Origin: a virus
Lineage: Duplodnaviria > Heunggongvirae > Uroviricota > Caudoviricetes
Virus record (IMG/VR): IMGVR_UViG_2917849834_000001
Span: 1-31,556 of that record
Reading direction: 5' to 3' (one strand)
DNA length: 31,556 bases
Of this stretch, positions 8,688 to 17,871 are shown piece by piece (the first letter of the stretch is position 1; the number at the start of each line of letters is the position of its first letter). The notes below the pieces were generated by a model. The model ran no database searches and had not been told where the DNA came from. It saw only the letters and a program-made list of their open reading frames with translations. The position numbers and the translations under genes were made by a program.

Positions 8688-9467
8688 ATGTATAATGCTT
8701 TTACTCTTCCCATATGGAGCCCTAACATGAATCGTTTGACTGAGATTGGTTTTATCAAGGTAGGATTCTGGCAGATTATAGACGGCAGCCTGAAATATCA
8801 TCTCGATGACAGATTCACAGATGTGAAGAACAACCTCTATGCATTTGTTTGTGATGGTGAGGTAAAGTACGTTGGTAAAACCACTCGTCTACTACGTAAC
8901 AGGATGTACCATTATTCACGTCCTGGCCCTTCCCAATCTACGAATATAAAAAATAACGCTAACATTATTGAGATGCTATCTAACAATGTTGCCGTAGATA
9001 TCTTGGTGCTTCCAGATTCAGGACTAATGCGCTATGGGCAATTTCACTTGAATCTTGCTGCTGGGCTTGAGGATTCAATCATTAGTCTTATCCGTCCTGA
9101 ATGGAATGGAATTCAGAGCCCAGTCTTGAAGAGTGAGGAATTAGTATCATCTGAAACTGAAATCATCACACATAGCAGTATCAAACAATTCACTTTCAAT
9201 ATGACAGATACGTACTGGCGTAGAGGATTCTTCAATGTGCCGGTAGTAAGTTCTCAACATTTTGGTAAAGACGGAGAGAACATTAAAATTGTTCTTCGTG
9301 ATGGTACGTCTTCCATCACTGCAATGATTAACCGAACTGCCAATCAGACTGGTTCACCCCGCATTATGGGGGGCGTTGAGCTCAGACAGTATTTTCAACT
9401 CAATTACATAATTGGTGATATCGTTCCTTTCGAAGTGATCACACAAAACATGATGAAGCTAAAATAA
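8688..9467 (+). CDS. GIY-YIG-like nuclease-domain protein with an uncharacterised C-terminal domain (possible B3/EcoRII-N-like DNA-binding fold); cargo gene
   Basis: 259-aa ORF with RBS GAGGAG; residues about 50-145 show GIY-YIG spacing (NLYAF ... KYVGKT ... RLLRNRMYHY ... E ... PEWN). Visibly AT-richer than flanking phage genes. Confidence 0.6.
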   Translation: MYNAFTLPIWSPNMNRLTEIGFIKVGFWQIIDGSLKYHLDDRFTDVKNNLYAFVCDGEVKYVGKTTRLLRNRMYHYSRPGPSQSTNIKNNANIIEMLSNNVAVDILVLPDSGLMRYGQFHLNLAAGLEDSIISLIRPEWNGIQSPVLKSEELVSSETEIITHSSIKQFTFNMTDTYWRRGFFNVPVVSSQHFGKDGENIKIVLRDGTSSITAMINRTANQTGSPRIMGGVELRQYFQLNYIIGDIVPFEVITQNMMKLK

Positions 9468-9740
9468 AAAGTGTTTCTTCCTTCCTACGGTCGTATCAGC
9501 CTGAAAAGTTCTGTGGGGCGATCTGAGCACTTCCAATCAAATACGCAGATATTATCAAAGCACATCGGGTAGCAGCAGACCGTGAACTTCCGCCCCTGAC
9601 TCACAGCATTCCGTTAGCTTTGATAGCTCGAATGTGTCGGTTTTCAAGTGGTCAATCAGATACGTACCTTCACCCCACTCGTTAGTGCATGTCTATGCCG
9701 CATGAATCCGCATGATCGTTTGAGGATCGTTTTTGCTGAG

Positions 9741-9768
9741 GCCCGCCAGAACTGGCGGGCTTTTGCTT
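9741..9768 (+). terminator. Rho-independent terminator
   Basis: GCCCGCCAG-AA-CTGGCGGGC followed by TTTTGCTT. Confidence 0.65.
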
Positions 9769-9809
9769 ATGTCATGCAGGTGCATGAAAATCACTACATA
9801 AAGCGGGCA

Positions 9810-9828
9810 GGCGTGGCGGGGATACGAG
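9810..9828. other. Candidate cos site (19-nt cohesive-end region) GGCGTGGCGGGGATACGAG
   Basis: Resembles the P2/186 cohesive end as I recall it (GGCGAGGCGGGGAAAGCAC, then GCGCGC...ACGG); located between the cargo locus and the 3' end of the portal gene, where cos lies in P2. Confidence 0.4.
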
Positions 9829-10083
9829 CGCGCGCAACGGGGTAAAATGGCCAAAATCCGGCACAGCCTCTGGCCCGCTGGCGGCCTCATTTGATGGGGG
9901 GGGGAAGATGTCAGGGCAAAAAGAAACGCCCCCGCAGAATGCTGCTGAGGCGCTTAGGTTGGTGTTATCGTTTCCTGGGGGGCGGTAAATAATTTTTGGT
10001 AGTGTTACCTTTCGAGCATGGCTGGTATCCGGGACAGCCTTTGCGCTGTCGTTCGCAGCCAGGGCAACTGCATTTATCAGTCA

Positions 10084-11124
10084 TCAGTCTTTTACAGAAA
10101 TATCTAATGTGTAGGGTTCGAAGCGGACCACTTCTTCACCCAGCCAGTCATTCAGCTCCTGCAGTCGCTTTTGCAGTGGCATCAGTTCATTGCGGACGAA
10201 GACACGGCTCGCTTTTTCCACATCACCAAAGCCGCCAGTGTTGTTGGGAATGATGCCCATCATTTGCGGCGGTACGCGGTGAGCCGCCATCATGTCATCG
10301 CGGCTGACGTTCTTGATGTTCAGAAATTCATCCTTCGCCGCGACTTCCGACAACGGGATAATCTGAATGCCATCTTTTTTGCCGTTAGGCGAGTACATAA
10401 ACAGGTTGCGGAAGTTGCCCGGTCCTTTAGCACTTTTCATTGCCTTGCGGATGTTGTTCACATCCTCCTGGTTCTGTGCGGCGTCGGTCATATACATGAT
10501 GAAGCCTGCGTGGCTGCCGTTAATGTAATACTTGCGGCGGAACAGCGTGGCGGATTCGTTGAGCAGAGCTGACGGAATGGCAGAAAGGTAACCCGGCAGA
10601 CCATAAATCTCCTGGTTGATATCCGGCTCCATCAGGTGGAAGACGTTACCTTTTGTGAACTGATACGGCTGTGTAGTCAGGCTGTATTGCACAAACCAGT
10701 ATGTTTCAAGGTCAAGCCCGCGTCGGGTGTATTTTGCCAGTGCAGGCTCCAGCAAAATAACTTCACCAAAGCGGTTCGTGCGTTTCTCCAGGTAGGCGTT
10801 ACCAAAAACCAGATAGTCCTGCACAAAACGGGTAAATGCCTGCTGGCTGAGAAGGCGATGTGGAATATAGGTACTGCTGATAATGTCACGCTTAACACTG
10901 ATCGGGGAGCTGTGGTGCACGGCGGCGCGGAAGGTGCGCGCCAGTCCGTCAAAGCTGACGGGCGGCTCATACCAGCGATCCATCTGTACGCATTCCACAT
11001 AGTCCAGCAGTTCGCGGCGGTCCAGTACAGGAATGGGATCACCAAAGCTGAAAGCCTCCGCAACGGATTTTTTAGTTTCTTCTGCAGTTACGGTTTCGCC
11101 TGGCGCGATATGTTCTTTCATCAA
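10084..11124 (-). CDS. Q: Portal protein (P2 gpQ)
   Basis: 346-aa ORF, same size and position as P2 Q, transcribed leftward toward cos; start overlaps the stop of the upstream terminase gene. Confidence 0.88.
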   Translation of the reverse strand: MMKEHIAPGETVTAEETKKSVAEAFSFGDPIPVLDRRELLDYVECVQMDRWYEPPVSFDGLARTFRAAVHHSSPISVKRDIISSTYIPHRLLSQQAFTRFVQDYLVFGNAYLEKRTNRFGEVILLEPALAKYTRRGLDLETYWFVQYSLTTQPYQFTKGNVFHLMEPDINQEIYGLPGYLSAIPSALLNESATLFRRKYYINGSHAGFIMYMTDAAQNQEDVNNIRKAMKSAKGPGNFRNLFMYSPNGKKDGIQIIPLSEVAAKDEFLNIKNVSRDDMMAAHRVPPQMMGIIPNNTGGFGDVEKASRVFVRNELMPLQKRLQELNDWLGEEVVRFEPYTLDISVKD

Positions 11125-12887
11125 AAAATCTCCACAATATTGCTGGTATTGGCGGACTCGCCCTGCAGCGGTTCGTTAAACAGTGCGTGCATTGTTGCCC
11201 AGGCCAGATCGGCATGGCTGGCTTCTTCGCTGCGGCTGGCTTCATAGGTCGGGCGGTTGCCGCTGGCGGTGGTGGCGCGACGGATTGCCATGAATGACTG
11301 CGCAATGTCGGTGTGCCCGGCGTCAAACTCCAGACGGCGGTGGCTGATAATGTCGTAGGCCTTGAGCACCAGGGCATTTTTAACGTTGGGGTTGTAGACA
11401 AACTCCCGGACGGCAGGAAAGAACGCTTTCACGTTCTCATAAACCCCGTGACCAACGCCGGTCGAGTCGATACCGATATAGGTCACGTTGTACTGTTCGG
11501 TCAGTTTTTTGATCGCGTCAGCCTGGGCGCGGAAGTCCATCCCACGCCACTGGTGACGCTCAAGAATGCGGAACTTACCGCCCGGCACGGCTGGCGGTGC
11601 CACCACCACGCATCCGGCGCTGTCGCCGTTCTGCGTACCTTTTGCCGGGTCATAACCGATCCACACTTCGCGCCAGCCAAACGGGCGTAGCGCCAGTGCA
11701 TGAAAGTCGGTCCAGACTTCCCAACTGTCCACCATGCACGCCTGCAGCTCGCTGAGCGGGAACACGGATGCGAGATCGTCCACGAACTCACACATCAGCA
11801 GGTTCTGGTATTCGTCCGGGCTGTACTCCATGCGCAACTGGTCGAGATCGAACAGGTTACAGCCGCCGCGCACCGCATCTTCCACGGTGACTATCTGGCG
11901 GTATTGCCCGTCTGCGCACAGCAGGCCGGGGGCCAGATTGTTGTGGGACAGGTCGATGTCCACCTTATCGGCTTTGTTGCGCCCACGGTTGAACAGCGCA
12001 CCGGACCAGAACGGATAAGCACTGTGGGTCAGGCTGGATGGCGTGGAAAAATAGGTTTGTCGCCATTTTTTGTGAATAGCCATACCGGAAGCTACTTTGC
12101 GCAGCTCCTGGAATTTCGGTATCCAGAAATATTCATCCAGATACAGGTTGCCGTGGTAACTCTGGGCAGTGCGGGCATTGGTGCCGAGGAAATACAGTGT
12201 GGCCCCGTTAGGAAGCACCATCGGATCGCCTTTCAGCTCCACTTCCACTTCTTTGGCGAAGTCGATGATGTACTGTTTAAAGACGTGGGCCTGAGCCTTG
12301 CTGGCGGAAAGGAAAATCTGGTTACGCCCGGTAAGCAGGGCGTCAATCAGGGCTTCACGGGCAAAGTAAAAGGTCGCGCCGATCTGGCGTGACTTCAGCA
12401 GGTTGCGGATGCGGTTGGTTTTTCCGGCTTCCCACCAGTGGCGCTGGTAGTTGAACATGGAGGAATGGAAGATTTCTTCCAGCTTCTCAATCTGTTCATC
12501 GGTGAAGACATTCTTTTCCGGCTGACGGCGCGGGCCTTTGTTGCGGTTGGCGACGTTAGGGTTTAAGTCGGCTTCGTTGCCGCCATTGTTAAACTTGCCG
12601 ATCCGCGCGTGGCGCTCCGACTGGCGCGCCAGCAGGTCAATCTCTTTGAAATCTTTCCCTTCTTTGTGCTCCTTCATAATGAGCTGGCAGTAGCGTGCGG
12701 CGGTGGTGAGCTGCATCTGATCCAGCGGCCCATAGTCACCCCACTTGTCGCGTTTTTTCCAGCTGTGAACGGTTGCAACTTTCTCGCCCAGCATTTCAGC
12801 AATGCGGGCGACGCGGTATCCCTGAAAGTACAGCAGCATGGCCTGCCGACGGGGATCGAGATCTGCGGGTGTCAGTGTGGTGTTCAT
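11121..12887 (-). CDS. P: Terminase large (ATPase) subunit (P2 gpP)
   Basis: 588-aa ORF (P2 P is about 590 aa), divergent from the O-N-M-L operon as in P2. Confidence 0.88.
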   Translation of the reverse strand: MNTTLTPADLDPRRQAMLLYFQGYRVARIAEMLGEKVATVHSWKKRDKWGDYGPLDQMQLTTAARYCQLIMKEHKEGKDFKEIDLLARQSERHARIGKFNNGGNEADLNPNVANRNKGPRRQPEKNVFTDEQIEKLEEIFHSSMFNYQRHWWEAGKTNRIRNLLKSRQIGATFYFAREALIDALLTGRNQIFLSASKAQAHVFKQYIIDFAKEVEVELKGDPMVLPNGATLYFLGTNARTAQSYHGNLYLDEYFWIPKFQELRKVASGMAIHKKWRQTYFSTPSSLTHSAYPFWSGALFNRGRNKADKVDIDLSHNNLAPGLLCADGQYRQIVTVEDAVRGGCNLFDLDQLRMEYSPDEYQNLLMCEFVDDLASVFPLSELQACMVDSWEVWTDFHALALRPFGWREVWIGYDPAKGTQNGDSAGCVVVAPPAVPGGKFRILERHQWRGMDFRAQADAIKKLTEQYNVTYIGIDSTGVGHGVYENVKAFFPAVREFVYNPNVKNALVLKAYDIISHRRLEFDAGHTDIAQSFMAIRRATTASGNRPTYEASRSEEASHADLAWATMHALFNEPLQGESANTSNIVEIF

Positions 12888-12933
12888 GGCACAAACCTAC
12901 AGCCTTGAATGAAGGCTTTCCCCGCCTGCGGTT

Positions 12934-12951
12934 TGTGTGGTTGTCGGTACA
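12934..12951. promoter_or_regulatory. Late-promoter activator site TGT-N12-ACA in the P/O divergent region (Ogr/B-type zinc-finger activator target)
   Basis: TGTGTGGTTGTCGGTACA: TGT and ACA separated by 12 nt, the dyad characteristic of P2/186 late promoters, between divergent late operons. Confidence 0.5.
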
Positions 12952-13029
12952 AATACCGCGCATTGTTTCACTGCCCCCATCACCGCAACCATAAGGCTCC
13001 AGTAAGTTTTTTCTAACGGAGCACGGCTC

Positions 13030-13863
13030 ATGACAGTGAAAGCAAAGCGTTTTCGCATCGGGGTGGAAGGTGCCACCACCGACGGACGCGAAATCCAGCG
13101 TGAATGGCTGGAACAGATGGCAGCCAGCTACAACCCGGCGGTGTATACCGCGCTGATTAACCTTGAGCACATCAAGTCTTATCTGCCGGACAGCACCTTT
13201 AACCGCTACGGCAAGGTGACGGCGCTGTTTGCTGAAGAAATCACGGAAGGTCCGCTGGCAGGCAAGATGGCGCTGTATGCCGACGTTGAGCCAACGGAGT
13301 CCCTGGTGGAACTGGTGAAAAAAGGCCAGAAATTATTCACATCTATGGAAGTCAGCCCGAAGTTCGCTGATACGGGCAAAGCCTACCTGGTCGGCCTGGC
13401 TGCCACTGATGACCCTGCCAGTCTGGGTACGGAAATGCTGACATTCAGCGCCAGTGCAGCCCATAACCCGCTGGCAAACCGCAAGCAGAATCCTGCCAAT
13501 CTCTTTACCGCTGCAGAGGAAACGGTGATCGAACTGGAAGAAATCCAGGAGGACAAGCCGTCCCTGTTTACCCGTGTCACGGCGCTGTTCACCAAAAAAG
13601 AGCAGTCCGACGATGCCCGGTTCTCTGATGTGCATAAGGCCGTGGAGCTGGTCGCCACTGAGCAGCAGAACCTGAACGCACGCACCGAAAAATCCCTGTC
13701 TGAGCAGGAAGAACGCCTGTCTGAGCTGGAGACTGCTCTGCAGGAGCAGCAAACCGCCTTTAACGAACTGGTGAATAAGCTGAGTCATGAAGACAGCCGC
13801 CAGGACTACCGCCAGCGTGCAACAGGCGGTAACGCCCCCGCTGACACTCTGACCAATTGCTGA
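13030..13863 (+). CDS. O: Capsid scaffolding protein (P2 gpO)
   Basis: 277 aa (P2 O is about 284), first gene of the rightward head operon; Glu/Gln-rich coiled-coil C-terminal half. Confidence 0.85.
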   Translation: MTVKAKRFRIGVEGATTDGREIQREWLEQMAASYNPAVYTALINLEHIKSYLPDSTFNRYGKVTALFAEEITEGPLAGKMALYADVEPTESLVELVKKGQKLFTSMEVSPKFADTGKAYLVGLAATDDPASLGTEMLTFSASAAHNPLANRKQNPANLFTAAEETVIELEEIQEDKPSLFTRVTALFTKKEQSDDARFSDVHKAVELVATEQQNLNARTEKSLSEQEERLSELETALQEQQTAFNELVNKLSHEDSRQDYRQRATGGNAPADTLTNC

Positions 13864-13879
13864 TGGAGCACAAAACCTG

Positions 13880-14938
13880 ATGAAGAAGAATACCCGCTTT
13901 GCTTTTAACGCTTACCTGCAGCAGCTGGCACGTCTGAACGGTGTGGCAGTTGAAGAACTGTCCAGCAAATTCACCGTGGAGCCGTCTGTACAGCAGACGC
14001 TGGAAGACCAGATCCAGCAGTCCGCCGCTTTCCTGACGCTGATTAACGTCACGCCAGTGACTGAACAGTCCGGTCAGCTGCTGGGGCTGGGTGTTGGTAG
14101 TACCATTGCCGGAACCACTGATACCTCCGCGAAAGAGCGTGAACCCGTCGATCCGACCCTGATGGTCGATGTGGAATATAAATGCGAGCAGACCAACTTT
14201 GACACGGTGCTGACCTACGCGAAGCTGGATCTGTGGGCGAAGTTTCAGGATTTCCAGGTGCGTATCCGTGACGCCATCGTGAAACGTCAGGCACTGGACC
14301 GCATCATGATCGGCTTTAACGGCGTGAAGCGCGCGAAAACCTCTAACCGTAGCGAAAACCCGCTGCTGCAGGATGTGAACAAAGGCTGGTTGCAGAAAAT
14401 CCGTGAGGATGCACCGGATCACGTCATGGGAAGCACCACCACGGGCGGTGAAACCACACCGGGCGCAGTGAAAGTCGGCAAAGGTGGCGAATATGCCAAC
14501 CTGGACGCTGTAGTGATGGATGCGGTCAATGAGCTTATCGACGTGGTCTACCAGGACGATGACGATCTGGTGGTGATTTGCGGTCGTGAACTGCTGTCTG
14601 ACAAGTATTTCCCGCTGGTCAACAAAGAGCAGGAGAACAGTGAAAAACTGGCTGCAGATATGATCATCAGCCAGAAACGCATGGGTGGCCTGCAGGCCGT
14701 GCGTGCGCCGTTCTTCCCGCCGAATGCGCTGCTGATCACCCGTCTGGATAACCTGTCCATCTACTGGCAGGAAGACACCCGCCGCCGTTCAGTTATCGAC
14801 AACCCGAAACGTGACCGGATTGAAAACTTTGAATCCGTTAACGAAGCCTATGTGGTTGAGGACTACCGCTGCGCTGCACTGGTGGAAAACATCCAGATTG
14901 GCGATTTTAGCGCCGCCGCAGCAGAAGCCGGAGCGTAA
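13880..14938 (+). CDS. N: Major capsid protein (P2 gpN)
   Basis: 352 aa (P2 N is about 357), follows the scaffold gene. Confidence 0.88.
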   Translation: MKKNTRFAFNAYLQQLARLNGVAVEELSSKFTVEPSVQQTLEDQIQQSAAFLTLINVTPVTEQSGQLLGLGVGSTIAGTTDTSAKEREPVDPTLMVDVEYKCEQTNFDTVLTYAKLDLWAKFQDFQVRIRDAIVKRQALDRIMIGFNGVKRAKTSNRSENPLLQDVNKGWLQKIREDAPDHVMGSTTTGGETTPGAVKVGKGGEYANLDAVVMDAVNELIDVVYQDDDDLVVICGRELLSDKYFPLVNKEQENSEKLAADMIISQKRMGGLQAVRAPFFPPNALLITRLDNLSIYWQEDTRRRSVIDNPKRDRIENFESVNEAYVVEDYRCAALVENIQIGDFSAAAAEAGA

Positions 14939-14941
14939 CCC

Positions 14942-15592
14942 ATGAGCCTGAGTCCCGCACGGCAGCATCGCCTGCGCGTTCAGGCTGAACAGGCCGCCCG
15001 TGAGGGCGGCAGCGTTCGCCACGCGTCGGGCTATGACCTGATGCTGCTGCAACTGGCGGAAGACCGCCGCCGTCTCAAGGGCGTTCAGTCCACGGTCAAA
15101 AAAGCGGAAATCAAAGTGGAGCTGTTGCCGAAGTACGCCGCCTGGGCGGAGGGTGTTCTGGCTGCCGGAGGCGCTCAACAGGATGACGTGCTGATGTACG
15201 TGATGCTGTGGCGTATTGATGCCGGAGATTATGCCGGGGCGCTGGAGATCGGGCGTCATGCCCTGCGTCATGGCTGGGTGATGCCGCTGGGTAACCGCAA
15301 CGTGCAGACCGTGCTGGCAGAGGAAATGGCAGACGCCGCGCAGAGCGCAATACTTGCCGCCACCGGCTTTGATGCCGATCTGTTGTTGCAGACGCTGGAG
15401 CTGACAGACGGTCTGGATATGCCGGACCAGTCACGGGCGCGTCTGCATAAAGCGATTGGCGCTGTCCTGAGTGAAAGCAATCCGGCTTCCGCCCTTAATC
15501 ATCTCAACCATGCGTTACAGCTCGATCCCCGCTGTGGCGTGAAAAAAGACAAACAGCAGCTGGAGCGCAGACTGCGCAATGACAGCCGCTGA
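14942..15592 (+). CDS. M: Terminase small/endonuclease subunit (P2 gpM)
   Basis: 216 aa at the gpM position immediately after the capsid gene. Confidence 0.8.
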   Translation: MSLSPARQHRLRVQAEQAAREGGSVRHASGYDLMLLQLAEDRRRLKGVQSTVKKAEIKVELLPKYAAWAEGVLAAGGAQQDDVLMYVMLWRIDAGDYAGALEIGRHALRHGWVMPLGNRNVQTVLAEEMADAAQSAILAATGFDADLLLQTLELTDGLDMPDQSRARLHKAIGAVLSESNPASALNHLNHALQLDPRCGVKKDKQQLERRLRNDSR

Positions 15593-15687
15593 CAGAACGT
15601 GCCCCCGCGCACGGGCGGCACGGGGTGGCGAAAGGCACTGCCACATCAAAACCCCGTCCACCGCCCTCTATTTCAGGAGAAAGCAGC

Positions 15688-16152
15688 ATGAAGTTTGTTG
15701 CGCCAGAACAGGCACCGGAACAGGCGGAAATCATCAGGAATACGCCGTTCTGGCCTGATGTGGACTTGTCGGAGTTTCGCAGTGTCATGCGCACTGACGG
15801 CACGGTGACGCAGCCGCGTTTAAAGCAGGTTGCGCTGTCGGCAATTTCGGAGGTCAACGCAGAGCTGTATGAGTTTCGCAGACGTCAGCAGATGCTGGGG
15901 TATGCGTCGCTGGCTGAGGTTCCGGCGGAACAGCTGGACGGCAAAAGTGAGCGCATTCAGCACTATTTCAACGCGGTTTACTGCTGGGCACGCGCCATGC
16001 TCAACGAACGATACCAGGACTATGACGCCACGGCATCGGGTGTGAAGCGAGGCGAGGAACTGGCGGAAGCAAGCGGTGATTTGTGGCGTGACGCCCGCTG
16101 GGCCATCAGCCGGGTACAGGATGCGCCGCACTGCACAGTGGAGCTTATCTGA
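15688..16152 (+). CDS. L: Head completion/stabilisation protein (P2 gpL)
   Basis: ATG at 15688 preceded by CAGGAGAAAGCAGC; about 154 aa; the ORF-track start at 15625 lacks an RBS. Confidence 0.8.
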   Translation: MKFVAPEQAPEQAEIIRNTPFWPDVDLSEFRSVMRTDGTVTQPRLKQVALSAISEVNAELYEFRRRQQMLGYASLAEVPAEQLDGKSERIQHYFNAVYCWARAMLNERYQDYDATASGVKRGEELAEASGDLWRDARWAISRVQDAPHCTVELI

Positions 16153-16355
16153 TGAAAGTGCGTGCGCATCAGTATGACACGGTGGACGCGCTTTGCTGGC
16201 GTCATTACGGGCGCACGCAGGGTGTCACGGAGCAGGTACTGAAGGCAAACCCGGGGCTTGCCGAATACGGCCCCTTTTTACCTCACGGGCTGCAGGTGGA
16301 GCTGCCGGACATTCCGACTACCACCACCGTGCAGACCGTCCAGCTATGGGACTGA
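16152..16355 (+). CDS. X: Tail protein X (P2 gpX)
   Basis: 67 aa, the same length as P2 gpX; ATG overlaps the L stop. Confidence 0.8.
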   Translation: MKVRAHQYDTVDALCWRHYGRTQGVTEQVLKANPGLAEYGPFLPHGLQVELPDIPTTTTVQTVQLWD

Positions 16356-16358
16356 ATT

Positions 16359-16574
16359 ATGACGCTTGAGCGAATCAGCGCCTTTATCACGTATTGCATC
16401 GCCGTCGTGCTGGCCTGGCTGGGCGATTTGTCCATCAAGGATGCCTCAACGCTGGGCGGCCTGATGATCGGTGTGCTGATGCTGGCTATCAACTGGTACT
16501 ACAAACACAAAGCCTACCAGCTTCTGCGCGACGGGCAGATCTCGCGGGAGGACTATGAATCCATCAATCGTTAA
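16359..16574 (+). CDS. Holin, two-TMD class (pinholin-like)
   Basis: 71 aa with two hydrophobic segments (ISAFITYCIAVVLAWLG; LGGLMIGVLMLAINWYY) and a charged C-terminus; immediately upstream of the endolysin. Confidence 0.7.
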   Translation: MTLERISAFITYCIAVVLAWLGDLSIKDASTLGGLMIGVLMLAINWYYKHKAYQLLRDGQISREDYESINR

Positions 16575-17067
16575 ACGCTGCCTTATCGGGGCCGTGCTGG
16601 CTATTGCTGCCACGCTACCGGGTTTTCAGCAGCTTCACACCTCCGTGGAGGGGCTGAAACTGATTGCTGATTACGAAGGCTGTCGTCTGCAGCCGTATCA
16701 GTGCAGCGCGGGTGTCTGGACCGACGGCATTGGTAATACATGGGGCGTCATTCCCGGCAAAACAATCACGGAACGACAGGCAGCAGAAGGGCTGATCTCC
16801 AACGTGCTGCGTGTGGAGCGGGCACTGGAAAGGTGTGTGAAGCAACAGCCACCACAGAAGGTGTATGACGCTACGGTGTCGTTTGCCTTCAACGTGGGAA
16901 CTAGCAATGCCTGCAGTTCCACACTGGTGAAATTGCTCAATCAGCGGCGCTGGGCGGATGCGTGCCGACAGTTGCCGCGCTGGGTGTATGTAAAAGGTGT
17001 GTTTAATCAGGGGCTGGATAACCGCCGTGCGCGGGAGATGGCCTGGTGCTTACAGGGAGCAAACTGA
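16555..17067 (+). CDS. Endolysin (lysozyme-type), probably SAR (signal-anchor-release)
   Basis: 170 aa; N-terminal weakly hydrophobic segment CLIGAVLAIAATLPG followed by an E...D...T lysozyme catalytic region (ADYEGCRLQPYQCSAGVWTDGIGNT). Confidence 0.8.
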   Translation: MNPSIVKRCLIGAVLAIAATLPGFQQLHTSVEGLKLIADYEGCRLQPYQCSAGVWTDGIGNTWGVIPGKTITERQAAEGLISNVLRVERALERCVKQQPPQKVYDATVSFAFNVGTSNACSSTLVKLLNQRRWADACRQLPRWVYVKGVFNQGLDNRRAREMAWCLQGAN

Positions 17068-17068
17068 A

Positions 17069-17446
17069 ATGAAAAAGAAAGTAATCAGCGGACTGTTTCT
17101 GATGTTATGGATAGCGCTGTTAATCGCCGCAATGGTGTATCCGCAGGGGATTTTTCCGGTACTGGCAGCATCTGGTGTCTGGGTAGCCTGTCTGCTGACA
17201 TGGGCGGTAATTCCGGTATCACTGGCTGCGTTAATTAAGAACGGCCCGCTTTGGCAGGAGTTGAGGGCATCTTTGCTGAAGACAATTACCCGAAAAGAAA
17301 ACGTATTTATCAGCTGGATGATGCGATTGCTGATTGTCGTCAGTCTCGCCTGGACGGGGTGGGCTATTACCCTGGTCTTTTATCTACTGACCGTTATTGC
17401 CTTCTGGATCACCCGTAATCAGATGGCGCAACAGGTAGCAGCATGA
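17069..17446 (+). CDS. lysA: LysA-like lysis-timing membrane protein
   Basis: ATG at 17069 overlapping the endolysin stop; 125 aa with four hydrophobic segments. Confidence 0.65.
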   Translation: MKKKVISGLFLMLWIALLIAAMVYPQGIFPVLAASGVWVACLLTWAVIPVSLAALIKNGPLWQELRASLLKTITRKENVFISWMMRLLIVVSLAWTGWAITLVFYLLTVIAFWITRNQMAQQVAA

Positions 17447-17871
17447 ACCGGTTGCTGCTGGTTGTGCTGGCGTTATTACTGGCGGCGCTGGGCTGGCAGA
17501 CGTGGCGGCTGGCTGATGCCAGCCAGACCATCAGCACGCAGGCAGACGAGCTGCAGAGCAAAAGCCAGGCACTGGCAAAGAGCAACAGCCAGCTTATCAG
17601 CCTGTCCATTCTGACTGAAACCAATAACCGGGAGCAGGCGCGGCTCTATGCCGAAGCTGAACAGACCAGCGCACTGCTGAGACAACGACAACACCGGATT
17701 GAGGAACTGAAACGTGAGAACGAGGATTTACGCCGCTGGGCTGATACTCCTTTGCCTGCTGACATTATCCGGCTGCGGGAACGCCCCACACTCACCGGAG
17801 GTGCAGCTTACCGTCAGTGGTTGTCCGCGAGTGACGCCGTGTCGGTTGGGGCAGGCAGCGCCGCGCACTAA
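17443..17871 (+). CDS. lysB: i-spanin (LysB / Rz-like)
   Basis: 142 aa; N-terminal TMD (LLLVVLALLLAALGW) then coiled-coil periplasmic domain. Confidence 0.75.
   Translation: MNRLLLVVLALLLAALGWQTWRLADASQTISTQADELQSKSQALAKSNSQLISLSILTETNNREQARLYAEAEQTSALLRQRQHRIEELKRENEDLRRWADTPLPADIIRLRERPTLTGGAAYRQWLSASDAVSVGAGSAAH

Noticed and set aside
9648-9845. 65-aa ORF in the cargo-to-cos spacer
   Set aside because: Runs through the terminator hairpin and the cos-like sequence; more likely non-coding.
12796-13170. 124-aa minus-strand ORF across the P/O intergenic region
   Set aside because: Overlaps the start of the scaffold gene and the late promoter region; no support.
13760-14422. 220-aa minus-strand ORF
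   Set aside because: Antisense within the scaffold/major capsid genes; spurious.
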